From positions 66,414,464 through 66,478,463 of the forward strand of contig NC_043011.1 of NCBI RefSeq assembly GCF_006345805.1: DNA of 64,000 bases, given 5' to 3'. Made by a program: the position numbers and the translations under genes. The DNA comes from Octopus sinensis. Its lineage: Eukaryota. Below the pieces are notes generated by a model. The model saw nothing but the letters and a program-made list of their open reading frames with translations, was not told where the DNA came from and searched no databases. This document shows, one piece after another, positions 1 to 11,880 of this stretch (its first letter is position 1; each line of letters opens with the position of its first letter).

Positions 1-1070
1 AGTGGTGTCCCACAAGGCACTGTGTTGGGCCCACTTCTCTTCATCATCTACATAAATGATATTACTGACACCATCAAACACAGTAACATCAGAACCTTCG
101 CTGATGATTCCAAGCTCCAGAAGGTCATCAATGGCGTGGACGACCGAATAAACCTTCAGTCAGACATACTGGCTGTTGTCTAATGGGCGGAAAAGAATAA
201 GATGTTGCTAAATGAAGACAAATTCGAACTGATCCACTTTGGAAGGGAGGACGCTCTGAAACTCCCATACTCTCTTACTTCTGGAGAGATTCTCATGGCA
301 TCCAACAACATCAGAGACCTGGGAGTAACGGTGGACAACAACATAAGCTGGGCTACTCATATAAGCAGCAAAGTTGACATGGCCCGCAGAATGTGTTCCT
401 GGATTCTCAGAACCTTCCAGTCGAGAGATTCTCACGCTATTATCCTTCTCTTCTCCACTTTTGCCCGACCCCACCTTGAATACTGCTGTCCACTGTGGTC
501 TCCCTACACAAAACAAAATATTATGAGAATTGAAACTCCCCAAAGGTCAATCACAAAAAAGATAGATGGCATGTCAGACCTTGACTACTGGGGTAGACTA
601 GAGAAGCTGAAATTGAATTCACTCCAACGACGCCGTGAACGCTACATTATCTGTATGATGTGGAAAATATTCCATCAGCACTGTCCGAATGATGCTGGCA
701 TCACCTTCAAAATGCATCCAAGTCTTGGACCACGTGCCATCCGTCCACAACAAAAATCTAAATCACATCACATAACGACAATACGGCACAACTATTTCAC
801 CTCCATTGGACCCGCTCTCTTCAACATTACACCAGGACACGTCAAAAAAGAAAATGACCACACAAAATTCAAGAAGTCTTTGGACAAATTCCTTCAAACA
901 GTACCGGACAAACCACCCACACCCGGTTATGTCTCCGCAAACAATAACTCTCTGCTCGAATGGGCCTTGGTGCCCAAATCCTGAGATGAAAGACTTCGCC
1001 AGGTGGTGCTATTAAGTTAGACATGGCCTGGGCCAATACTGGCCAAACACCTTTCTAAGTTATTCTAAGT

Positions 1071-1071
<1 letters not shown>
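1..1071 (+). mobile_element. CR1-group LINE, 3' part (RT domain, C-terminus, 3' UTR and tail); continues left of the window
   Basis: Frame 1 reads [20 protein letters not shown]...FADDSKL, has an in-frame TAA at 181-183, then ORF 202-984 (RPHLEYCCPLWSP, LQRRRERY). The 3' UTR has CATGGCCTGGGCCAATACTGGCC and a repeated TTCTAAGT(TA) tail running into (TA)n. Confidence 0.93.
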
Positions 1072-1282
<211 letters not shown>

Positions 1283-1569
1283 CATTTCAACAATTGAGGG
1301 TAAAATTAATTAATTATTAATCAATTTCACCAAGTATTCAGTATGTAAAGGGGCCATTTAAGGCGAATTCAAAATATTACATTATATATAAGGGCTTAGT
1401 AAAATAAATTACTTTGCCACATACTGAACTCATTAGAAATAGCAGCTAAAGAAATTTCTTTAGCTATTTCTAATACTTAAAGAAGATCTCTCTCAGATAG
1501 TGTTTGCTCAAACCAACTCACGAAGGTATGGGGGTAAAAACATTAAAAAAATCAAGTGCAAAGGTTATT

Positions 1570-1621
1570 TGAGAACGTACGTTTCTAGATTAGTCAAATC
1601 GACATTTCCTTCGTCAGCTCA
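1570..1621 (-). ncRNA. Type I hammerhead ribozyme motif, unit 1
   Basis: Minus strand reads UGAG-CUGACGA-[stem II, A.A at 10.1/11.1]-GAAA-CGUACG-UU/CUCA. Stem I is UGAG:CUCA and stem III is the palindrome ACGUACGU. Predicted cleavage is between 1574 and 1573. Confidence 0.7.
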
Positions 1622-2127
1622 GAACTCCTTGATTCGGATTTGGGAACACTGAAAGTGGGAGCATACCCTTTTGGCTTCTTATCACCTCTGGAATTCCGCT
1701 CGAACTAAAAGTGCTAACAAATTCAAAATATGCAAGCGAAGAATTTCTGCTCTCCCCTTTCCACCAGCGTGGGTTAAAATTGACAAACACTATGTTTTAT
1801 CGGTGAAAACCGAAGCATTAAACAGAGAGAAATGAATTATAATTTCAACAATTGATGGTAAAATTAATTAATTATTAATCAATTTCACCAAGTATTCAGT
1901 ATGTAAAGGGACCATTTAAGGCGAATTCAAAATATTACATTATATATAAGGGCTTAGTAAAATAAATTACTTTGCCACATACTGAACTCATTAGAAATAG
2001 CAGCTAAAGAAATTTCTTTAGCTATTTCTAATACTTAAAGAAGATCTCTCTCAGATAGTGTTTGCTCAAACCAACTCACGAAGGTATGGGGGTAAAAACA
2101 TTAAAAAAATCAAGTGCAAAGGTTATT

Positions 2128-2178
2128 TGAGAACGTACGTTCTAGATTAGTCAAATCGACATTTCCTTCGTCAGCTCA
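2128..2178 (-). ncRNA. Hammerhead motif, unit 2, with a 1-nt deletion in the GAAA core (probably inactive)
   Basis: Same as 1570-1621 except plus-strand GTACGTTCTAG instead of GTACGTTTCTAG. Confidence 0.55.
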
Positions 2179-2686
2179 GAACTCCTTGATTCGGATTTGG
2201 GAACACTGAAAGTGGGAGCATACCCTTTTGGCTTCTTATCACCTCTGGAATTCCGCTCGAACTAAAAGTGCTAACAAATTCAAAATATGCAAGCGAAGAA
2301 TTTCTGCTCTCCCCTTTCCACCAGCGTGGGTTAAAATTGACAAACACTATGTTTTATCGGTGAAAACCGAAGCATTAAACAGAGAGAAATGAATTATAAT
2401 TTCAACAATTGATGGTAAAATTAATTAATTATTAATCAATTTCACCAAGTATTCAGTATGTAAAGGGACCATTTAAGGCGAATTCAAAATATTACATTAT
2501 ATATAAGGGCTTAGTAAAATAAATTACTTTGCCACATACTGAACTCATTAGAAATAGCAGCTAAAGAAATTTCTTTAGCTATTTCTAATACTTAAAGAAG
2601 ATCTCTCTCAGATAGTGTTTGCTCAAACCAACTCACGAAGGTATGGGGGTAAAAACATTAAAAATCAAGTGCAAAGGTTATTTGAG

Positions 2687-2851
2687 ATTTCTTTAGCTGC
2701 TATTTCTAATGAGTTCAGTATGTGGCAAAGTAATTTATTTTACTAAGCCTTTATATATAATGTAATATTTTGAATTCGCCTTAAATGGTCCCTTTACATA
2801 CTGAATACTTGGTGAAATTGATTAATAATTAATTAATTTTACCATCAATTG
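2687..2851 (+). repeat. Inverted 165-bp copy of the array's terminal segment
   Basis: Reverse complement of 2406-2570 (CAATTGATGG...GCAGCTAAAGAAAT). Confidence 0.92.
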
Positions 2852-2856
2852 CAGAC

Positions 2857-2903
<47 letters not shown>

Positions 2904-2933
2904 GTGATATATAGACAGACAGACAGATAGATG

Positions 2934-2971
<38 letters not shown>

Positions 2972-2982
2972 CATATAGATAA

Positions 2983-3055
<73 letters not shown>

Positions 3056-3056
3056 C
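2852..3056. repeat. (GATA)n microsatellite
   Basis: Direct inspection. Confidence 0.96.
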
Positions 3057-3640
3057 ATTAGAGAGACACATTATCAAACATCTACTCACCATCAAAGAGA
3101 AGGTATGTAAATATAGAAATAGATGTCATCTGCATGTTTCCAATTTAACTCTGTTGATGTATTCGTCCTTTCAAGTAGCTTTGTTTTATACAAATAAATT
3201 AACGGAAACAGATCTTTTGTATTCAAGATATGAGTCTGTAAATTATAAATGAGTTTTTCATGGTTTTTATTAATTCTCGTTATGAAGAATGTGAGATTTA
3301 TTGATTCCTGTCTCTGTCTGCTGCTACTATTTTATTGTTTGTCATAATTTATCTAAGGGGACATTTACTAACGTAGCTTCAATTATTGCGGTCCTGTCTA
3401 CGCACATATCTACTAAATGTTTATGTGACATAAACGGAAATATATGCATCTACATATATATTTTACAAACTGTGGCAGTTGTTTAGATGTTCTATGTTTG
3501 CTACATGTATTACAATATCTACCACACGTCATGTAGTCGCATTACATGCATGCATTTATGTATGTATCTATCTATCTTTCTATCTATCTATTTCTCTATT
3601 ATTTCTCCCTCTCCCACGCTTCATATACAAATGTATATAT

Positions 3641-3707
3641 ATTAAGTTAGACATGGCCTGGACCAATCTCTGGTCGAAACATATCTAAGTTTTTATCTAA
3701 GTTTTTT
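3641..3707 (+). mobile_element. Extremely 5'-truncated CR1-group LINE (3' UTR tip and tail), same family as 1-1071
   Basis: ATTAAGTTAGACATGGCCTGGACCAATCTCTGGTCGAAAC matches the 3' end at ~1011-1050, followed by a repeated TATCTAAGTTTT tail and (TA)n(GA)n. Confidence 0.8.
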
Positions 3708-3718
3708 ATGTATATATA

Positions 3719-3801
<83 letters not shown>

Positions 3802-4940
3802 TAGTGTTATACGAAAGACTTCAGTTATCAAAAATATTCATTTAACAAACTCCGTAAACTGATTATATTCCTGAAATTGCGTCTCGTATGATAGTTATAT
3901 AGCTATTATTAAATTATCCTTAATGAAAATAGAGGCGCTTGGGTATGAGAGACTGTTGCAAATTTAAACATGAAATGTTGCCAGTAACAAACTTATACTG
4001 TTTATTTTTAAGCATTAAAATCTACTCCGCAGTGAATACAATGAATATCTAAATTTCCGAGAAATCGAAGTTATAGGCAATTTCTTAGAACATGTATCAG
4101 GCTTATTTGTAATGTTACAATTCAGCGTTTAAATTTCATTTTTTCCAAAATATTTTCGTTGATTTGAAACAACGATCTGTTTACTGACGGAACCTGGCGC
4201 CTTTATCACCCTAACTAAACGATAGATTTTACCACAAACTTTAATGGCTGATGTTGTAATGATTATTTAATTTCATTTTTCTCACCGGACTGAACATTGT
4301 CGAACCAAATAAATATCGAAACCCTTCCTGCGTTTTCCACATATTTCACATATTTCACAGATTTTCTTTTCTTTTCAGAGTCAACTATCTTTTCGCCGTG
4401 TTGTATATATTTCTGTAACACACTGTTTCTCTGACAACAGCTTAAGTTAACACACAGCTGACCGCTCGCTTAATGGAAAGGCAGAACTTGCAGTATTCAA
4501 TACAATATTTGTTTACGCAATATCAACATTCTGGAAGCTTTCTCTAGCCACTGGAAAACAAAACCGAACTTCCAAATACCATTTGAAACAGACAAACCCA
4601 AACACACTTCTTTTTTATAACTTGTTTATTGTTTGTGATCTTATAGTTGTGCTTATTCAAATTTGCCGTCCACTGCGTGACGTGGTGATATCTTTGATGT
4701 TACGTTATTCGTCTTTGAACAATATTATCCCATGTTCTGTCCTTCAATGTATACGGAAGCCTGCCAAGTATATGTGTGACTCTATATGGCAGTACGTTAT
4801 TTGCGTTAACGAAACAATAAGTTAGTCAACAGCAATGAAATTTAACTGAAACATTTATGGTTTTAGATATTTAATTACTTGTTAGTTTAGTGCCTTTCTA
4901 TCATGGATATAAATGAAGTCTCTTATTAATATTTGCTTCA

Positions 4941-5118
4941 AATTTCGGCACAAGGCTATAACTTTCTGAGTATTACTTTGAGCCCAATGCTCAACTGTTA
5001 CTTATTTTATCGACCATGGCAATCGGAAACGCAAATCAACCGTAGCTGAATTTCAGTTCCGAACTTCAAGACGGGTGCAATGTTGCTAAGCATTTTGTCT
5101 GGCGTGCTAACTATTCTA
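4941..5118 (-). mobile_element. Decayed tRNA-derived SINE (family A)
   Basis: Diverged reverse-complement match to the 15503/19068 copies (TTATTTTATCGACC; GCTAAGCATTTTGTCTGGCGTGCTAAC). Confidence 0.6.
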
Positions 5119-6086
5119 CTAGTTCACCACATTTAATAATTTTATCAACGGGCACTAATATTATGTGTAATAAAAATTACCCGTTTTGGAAAAATAGTGC
5201 TAATAAATTTGTATTTGATTGATATTGTGTTTGAGGTGAAATTCGCTGCTGGTAAAGTATTAAATCAAACATACTAACTGGAGGAAAAGCAATATCAAAA
5301 ATGAATTTATTTAATGATACACCTTTTCTCTCAATAAAACAAAAGCAGTGATTACATCAGTAATAATTTATTAAAACTGCTTGAAAATAATTCCACGTAG
5401 CAACTAGAAAGGAAATGTTATTGAGGATTCTTACATCGGGGTCTCTTTATTTTTGCTTATAAATTGTTGTTGATAAGTTATGTACAATGCGTATTCTAGT
5501 TCAGTAGTACTAAGCTTTTAATTGGTGGTTGGCTACAAGAAACTGTGATGCCAGGTTCAAGAGGTTTGTTTATACTGTAGGGGATATTCCGCGGGAGGAA
5601 AAAATACCTACTCAACAGAAGCGTCACAGTAAATGCAGGTATTGATGTTGGTTTATAATTGTGAATAGCCACCAAAGCTTACCCGTATTTTGGAGTATAT
5701 AAGCGACTGGTTATAGGGAAACTTGCAGCTGAGTGAATAAATAAAGTCGTTGATTTGAAATTCTAGTGAGATGTTAAGACGTAGCTTACAGTAAAAAGAC
5801 ATAAAGCACATCATGACTTACCGAACGGAAATGTTTATAGATTAGTAAATAGTCATCCGAAAAAACTCTGAAGTAGATATATGCCTAACACAGATAATTA
5901 GGCAGGGATCAGAACAGACGGATCTGTCTTTTGATGAGAAGAAATTTTCAGGCGGAAATTTAAATTTAAATTTCTAACATATATGGCAGTGTCACAACCT
6001 CGAAGAACTTCGTCGAAAGTCAAGTGGGAGTTGTAACGGTTGTCAAACGGTGAGGGACGAACATATATATATATATATATATATAT

Positions 6087-6890
6087 TTATCATAATAAAA
6101 ACATGATGCGAAGAATTTAGCGGTACATATGTTTCGGGCCTTTATAAGACGGTTTATAACAATGCATAATTGATGTAAATGTGTGCCAATAGCCTTCTTC
6201 AGCCGCGTACAATTACTACTTCAAGGACTTGTATTACCTTATAAGTTTTACGTTGGGGATGCAAATCCTCATAGTCATGTACGACAGGGCGAGACACCAA
6301 AACAAAATCAAAGCGTCCATCCCATTTTTAACTCGATGTAGAATGAGGAGGTTGGTTGTTGAGATAGAGAGGGAAGGAGTTGGGGGGATCTTTAGTGAGT
6401 TAGGGATCACAAAGAGGGAAGGTAGTAGGTGCAAAATGTAGTAAAAGAGTAAAAAATTACAAAAGAGTAAAAATTAAAAAGATATATAAAAATATAAGAA
6501 TTAAAAAAAAGTATCTAAGTATATAAATATATAAATATATAAATATATACATATATAAATATATAAATACACACAGACGTGAAAAAAACATGGGAATATA
6601 AATAAATACAGATAAAGATAAAGAAGCGAAAAATAAAGAAGAAAAAAAAGGATAAAAAATTTAAATAACAAAATATAAAATATAAAGAGATAAAGAAATA
6701 TAAAGGGATGAAGAAATATAAAGTGGGGAATAACTAAAAGGGTGGTCGGAAGATAACGTAATGTACATAAAAAGGGACATATTCCGGTTGTTGAAGCCTA
6801 AGGGTGTAATGGCGGATGTCATAAATTAACTTAATTGTCTGGAGACCAAGTGGATGGTCAATATAGGTTGTCTGGTTTGTGGCTAAATAG
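6087..6890 (-). mobile_element. Penelope-like element 3' remnant abutting (TA)n
   Basis: Hammerhead at 6120-6206 lies ~36 nt from a (TA)n junction at ~6087, followed by low-complexity sequence. The right boundary is uncertain. Confidence 0.5.
6120..6206 (-). ncRNA. Type I hammerhead ribozyme motif
   Basis: GCGG-CUGAAGA-AGGCU...GGCCC-GAAA-CAUAUG-UA/CCGC. Stem I is GCGG:CCGC, stem III is the palindrome ACAUAUGU, the GUA site cleaves at 6124/6123, and 10.1/11.1 is A.C. Confidence 0.75.
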
Positions 6891-7284
6891 TTTATCTATT
6901 TTCTCGTAAATTGTCTGTGTTACTAACGGTCAACATGTACATACGTACACGCATGCATACATATACACATCCACACATATATATACATACATACTCTCGT
7001 TTAAAAATACCGACAGGGATACGCATATACATACGTCCCGCTACGTACAGATACCTAAAACCGCACAAACTAAATACATAAAAGCATATACACTTACACG
7101 CCTCCGCAGACGCACTCGTATACATACAAATACATACTCACACGTACATATATTAAGCTCGCACATCTACACACTTATATACGCATATGCGTACATACAT
7201 AAATTTCTCAATATACACATACATACGGAAAAAAGCGCATGTAGTTGGGTACAAGAATTATAATAGACAAAAAAAGGTAGATAT

Positions 7285-9790
7285 GAAGTCTCTCAGGCAT
7301 TTAGGGAGGATGTTAAAGAGCTGTGGTCCTCTGAAACCCAAGCTGTTGCACTATCTGGACCTGTATTTTGATGGTGATGTTGGAATCCTTGGCACCATGC
7401 AGTGGTGCCCCCTTCTGCGGTTGGGGTAACTTTGAATGCCAAAGTTTGGGACAAGACCCTCCAGGATTTTCCAGATGTATATCACCGCATATCTCTCCCG
7501 CCTCCGCTCTAGGGCGAAGAGGTTTAATACCTTCAGTCTTTCCCAGTAGCTGATATTTTGCATTGAGACGATTTTCTTTGTGTAGCTTCTCTGAATTTCT
7601 TCGAGTTCTGCTGTTAGTTTTATATTGTGTGGTGACCACAGTTGAGAGCAGTAGTCCAAGCGGCTGAGGACGAATGTTTTCCATAGGACCGTCAGTGTCT
7701 CCTTCTCTCTTGTTCTCAAAGTTCGGAGAATCCATCCAGCTAGCCGTCTGCATTTTATCACCAGATTAGCAATATGCACTTGGAAAGATGCATCATTGCT
7801 CATGTCAATGCCCAGGTCACGCACTGATTTTGACTCAGGTATTGCAATTTTTCCTGGGCCGGTTCATCCAGTCTGCACGTCGTTTACCTTTGTGTGCCAG
7901 TAGCGCAGGGCCTGGAACTTACCTGCATTAAACTGCACGTTGTCCTCAGCCCACCTGTATATTGTGTCCAACTCCTGTTGCAGATGCGCAATATTTTCAG
8001 GGTTTTGTATTGCGTGGGAGACTTTTGTGTCATCTGCATAGCTAGCAAGGGTGGTCAACGTTAGCAACTGAAGGCATGTCTTAAAGGGCCACTATGAACA
8101 TCAGTGGTCCCAAGACAGTGTCCTGTGGGTCACCGCGTGCTATTTGTGTTTCCTTGGAGGTGGCTCCATTGCTCACAACTGCCTGTTTTCTGCCTTTAGG
8201 AAGTTGTGCAGCCACTCTCGAAGTTTTCCGCCTATGCTGAGACCACGCACTTTGTGATAGATCATACCATGGTCGACCTTATCAAAAGCTTTTGCAAAGT
8301 CGAGATATATTACATCCACATTTGAGCCATTTAGTAGCTGTTTCAACACCCAGTCATAGTGTTGCAGGAGCTGTGTTAGGCAGCTTCTTACTTACGGACT
8401 ATTCGTTCCATGACTTTGCTGATGAGTGAGGTCAGAGAGATAGCCCTATAATTTTTAGCATCTGCTCTGCTACGTCCCTTATGGATAGGGCATATTACCC
8501 CCTCTTTCAATTTGACTGGGAGCTTACTACTTACAAGAAAGCTCTGAAAAAGAAGCTGTAGCGGTTATGCAAGGGCTCGTTTGCACGATATGAGAAGGAT
8601 CGCTGGGAATCCATCAGGTCCAGCAGCTGAGTTTGTGTCAATCTCATCTATGGCTAGTGTGATATCATCATCTTCGATTTTGATGTACTCAATTTTTGCC
8701 TCTTTGGCCGCAGGTAAAGTGGCAAAGAATTCTTCTGGGTTGTTTACTTGCCTGTGTCCTAGAGGTGTAGTGAACACACTTTGGAATTGTTCGTTCAGTA
8801 TTTCACTTATCCTCGTGGGATTTCCTGTGAGAGAGCCATCTTTTTGGAAGAGAGGTCCTATTCTCTGGTGCACTGTGGCTGTCTCTTTGGCAAACGTAAA
8901 GAAAGCCTTAGGGTTTGATTTTATATTTTCTATTACCCAAGTTTCTTTATCTGCTCTCTCCTTTTCATGGGACTGATGCACACTTTTCTCAGTTTCCATT
9001 AGCATTCTCTCCAGCCGAGACTTCTGACCACTTTGGGTGTGCTTGCTCAGGCGGTTCGCAATCCTTGTCCGTCGTCTAATAAAAAATCTTCCTTTCTCTA
9101 GGGATTCTGTTTTTGTTTTTGTGTGTGCTGGCCCTGCACACTGGGACATATTTGTCACATATGGCTTGTATTAAGGACTTGAAGTGTTTGTGTTTCATGT
9201 TTATGTCCGGTGTGGAGAGACATTCAGGCTAATCCTGTTTGAGGATCTCTTTCTCAATCAACTTCCAGTTTGCTTTATGAAAGTTTAAGTTGGAGAGATG
9301 GTGGATGCTTCGTATAGGCTGTGTGTCTACGGGGGCTTTTGTTACATACATAGACAGCTCTAATATGCTGTGATCCGAGATAATTGTCGGCATCACATTA
9401 ACATTATGGATAATATCCATATTGTTTGTGAAGCAGAGATCCAGTATATATTATCTGCCCTTGTTGGTTGCAGAACTATTTGCTCCATGAAAGAGGCATT
9501 TGTGAGATGGAGCAGGGACTCTACCTGTGCCTGCTGATGGTGTGTCATCCCTGGGAGCATCTGCCCCCAAGCTATTCCACTTTGGAGAGGTTAAAGTCAC
9601 CCATGAAGAATACACTGTTGTGTTGTTCAAGGTTGGTGAGGACTTCTCCTATTTTTGTTAAGCAGTCTTCAAACATGCCTGAGTGATTTGGGGCATCTGG
9701 TGGGCGATATGTTGTGCATATGACGATATTCAGTTGTCTTATGTGTACAATTTGAGTTTCACACACTGAGTTTGAATATGACAACAATAT
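7285..9790 (-). mobile_element. Degenerate CR1-group LINE (APE endonuclease, RT and C-terminus; internal deletions, both ends truncated)
   Basis: ORF fragments: TYRPPD...MGDFNL (9572-9780), AAGPDGFPAILL (8565-9158), YADDTKV (7864-8067), SRLDYCSQLWSP...LERRRERY (7351-7824). Confidence 0.92.
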
Positions 9791-9791
9791 G

Positions 9792-9836
<45 letters not shown>

Positions 9837-10879
9837 CTAAAGATATTCGTAAAACTTGGAAACGGATGCATGGCGTTCGATCGTATAATAATATAAATAA
9901 TATACGCATATATACATACGCATATACACGCATATATATATATATATATATATACGCATATATACATACATATATGTACATGCCTACATATATATGTATA
10001 TATACATTCATATATGCGTACAGGGCATGAAAAAAACTTTGAACGAAAACATAAAATCAAAAACATAGAAACGAATTTTTTTGGCGAAGCGAAAACTTTG
10101 AGAACCGAAAACCATAATGCTGGGAACTTGAGAATTACCGGGACATTCCAGCTATGTAATGTTATCACTGAAATGTCACTTCTTTCATTCAGTCACTATC
10201 ATTAGCATATTTTGGAGTCATTCAAAAACAGAGGTAATAATATACATTTGTAAATATACAGCGTGTGTGTTTTCGTATAATTTCCCCGTTTAAAAGCATT
10301 TTCCACAATACTCCAGAATTTACTAGACGTTTTATTCACTTAAGAATTCGGACATGAATATTAAAATTCACGTTGAGTATGTTTTCTTTTACAGATGTAG
10401 ACATAGTCAGATGCAAAACTGCCGCTGGAACTTGTAGGACATTTAAAGTAAAGATACGTTCGTATAATAAAAATAGTGTTTCGATTATGTAATTGAGACT
10501 CGCCTTGGACATGAATCCCTTTTTCCAATTTATTTCCCAATGAGATGACCGACTAATCATTTGTGAAAGAAATTTCTCCACTTGTTGTACAAATGTTAGG
10601 CGTAAATCAGCATATTCAAAGCGATAGCTTAACGGTAGATAAACATTGTTTTGACCATCGGTTGATACGTCTAAAAACAAACACTGCTCTTCGAAAAACC
10701 CTAGAGAAAAATCATATTACGCCCATATAATATCCAACCATTCTTTTAGTATGGTTAAAAAACATTCTTAGTGAAATTATGTTAGCATAGCTAACAGACT
10801 ACGCATTTATACTTGTTTATTCCAGTTGATCATTACAGCCATATATAAGCCTGGAAGTCATTCTCCGTAAGTGAGTTGA

Positions 10880-11600
10880 CGACCTTCTGCGATTCGCTGT
10901 GGAAAACGGCAAAGGTGTTAAAACAGTGGTCTTTGAGCTGCTTACATCTTGAGAAGGGGATGGAAGTCTGCAGATGTTAAATTTGAAGAAAAGTGTGGGT
11001 TCAGAAGCGATACTTTATTTTGGGCGAGGAACTTACCTGTGATGAAAGATCGGTGAGAGGGTGCTTTTTCGTTACGAATTGTTCGCGCTCCACAGATCTT
11101 CTGGTTTTCCCCAAATATCCCCCGTCGCAGTAAAAAATATTTATTGACGGTCAAAACCTTGGAAAGGAATTCTCACTTCACAATACTGCCCATCTGGAAA
11201 AACACGACGAGAGTGCTCTCGATGTAGCTACGACTCTGCCTGTCAACGTTTGAAGCGCGTGTGCCACCCAAAATATTGCGTACGGCTCTTTGTTTACACC
11301 CGATTGCGTCCTCACCGGAAGCCTGCCGAAGTACGCTTAATGTCTTTGTAGCAAACCTCCCAAGTTTATCGCAATTTTTCACGTTGGTTCTTTCTTCCAT
11401 CTTTCTATCCATGACAGCATATGCGTAATCAAAAATCACAAATGTTACAGCTTGCAAAGTAAATACAGCCATGTCAATTGGTACACTGCCTTATGAAGAT
11501 CCGTGCTAGATTAATCTGCACATGAAGTCGCGTGCTGCCATCTACTGGCTCCTTACAGAACTAATCCGAGTACTTTTTGATGTCTTTTGATTGTGCGATT
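10880..11600 (-). mobile_element. Mariner transposon remnant with internal deletion
   Basis: MEERTNVKNCDKLGRFATKTLSVLRQASGEDA resembles the mariner N-terminal HTH. APSHRSFITGKFLAQNKVSLL...ADFH resembles the HDNAPxH/YSPDLAPxDF region. Confidence 0.75.
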
Positions 11601-11773
11601 AAGCTGACTGTATCATCGTTGTTTCAGGCTCCGTTTGCGGCACATCTGTTGTTTTCTAATAAAGCTCCGGGTGACCAACTAATTTCTTGTCAGTGACTAT
11701 TGTAGAGGGCAAACTGAAGAAGACCGTCTTAGTTTGTATACATACACTTATATGTATATATATATATATACCT

Positions 11774-11880
11774 ATGTGTGTGTGTGTGCGTGTGCGTGTG
11801 CGTGCTTGTGTGTGTGCGTGTGTGTGTGTGCGTGTGTGTGCGTGTGTGTGTGCGTGTGTGTCTGTATGTGTGTGTGTTTG
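11774..11880. repeat. (TG)n / (TGCG)n microsatellite
   Basis: Direct inspection. Confidence 0.93.

Larger units (their letters stand above)
1284..2686 (-). repeat. Tandem array of ~2.5 copies of a 557/558-bp non-coding unit carrying a hammerhead motif (PLE pseudo-LTR or retrozyme-like)
   Basis: ATTTCAACAATTGA starts at 1284, 1842 and 2399. Units differ by only a few substitutions and indels. The third copy stops at 2686. Confidence 0.92.
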
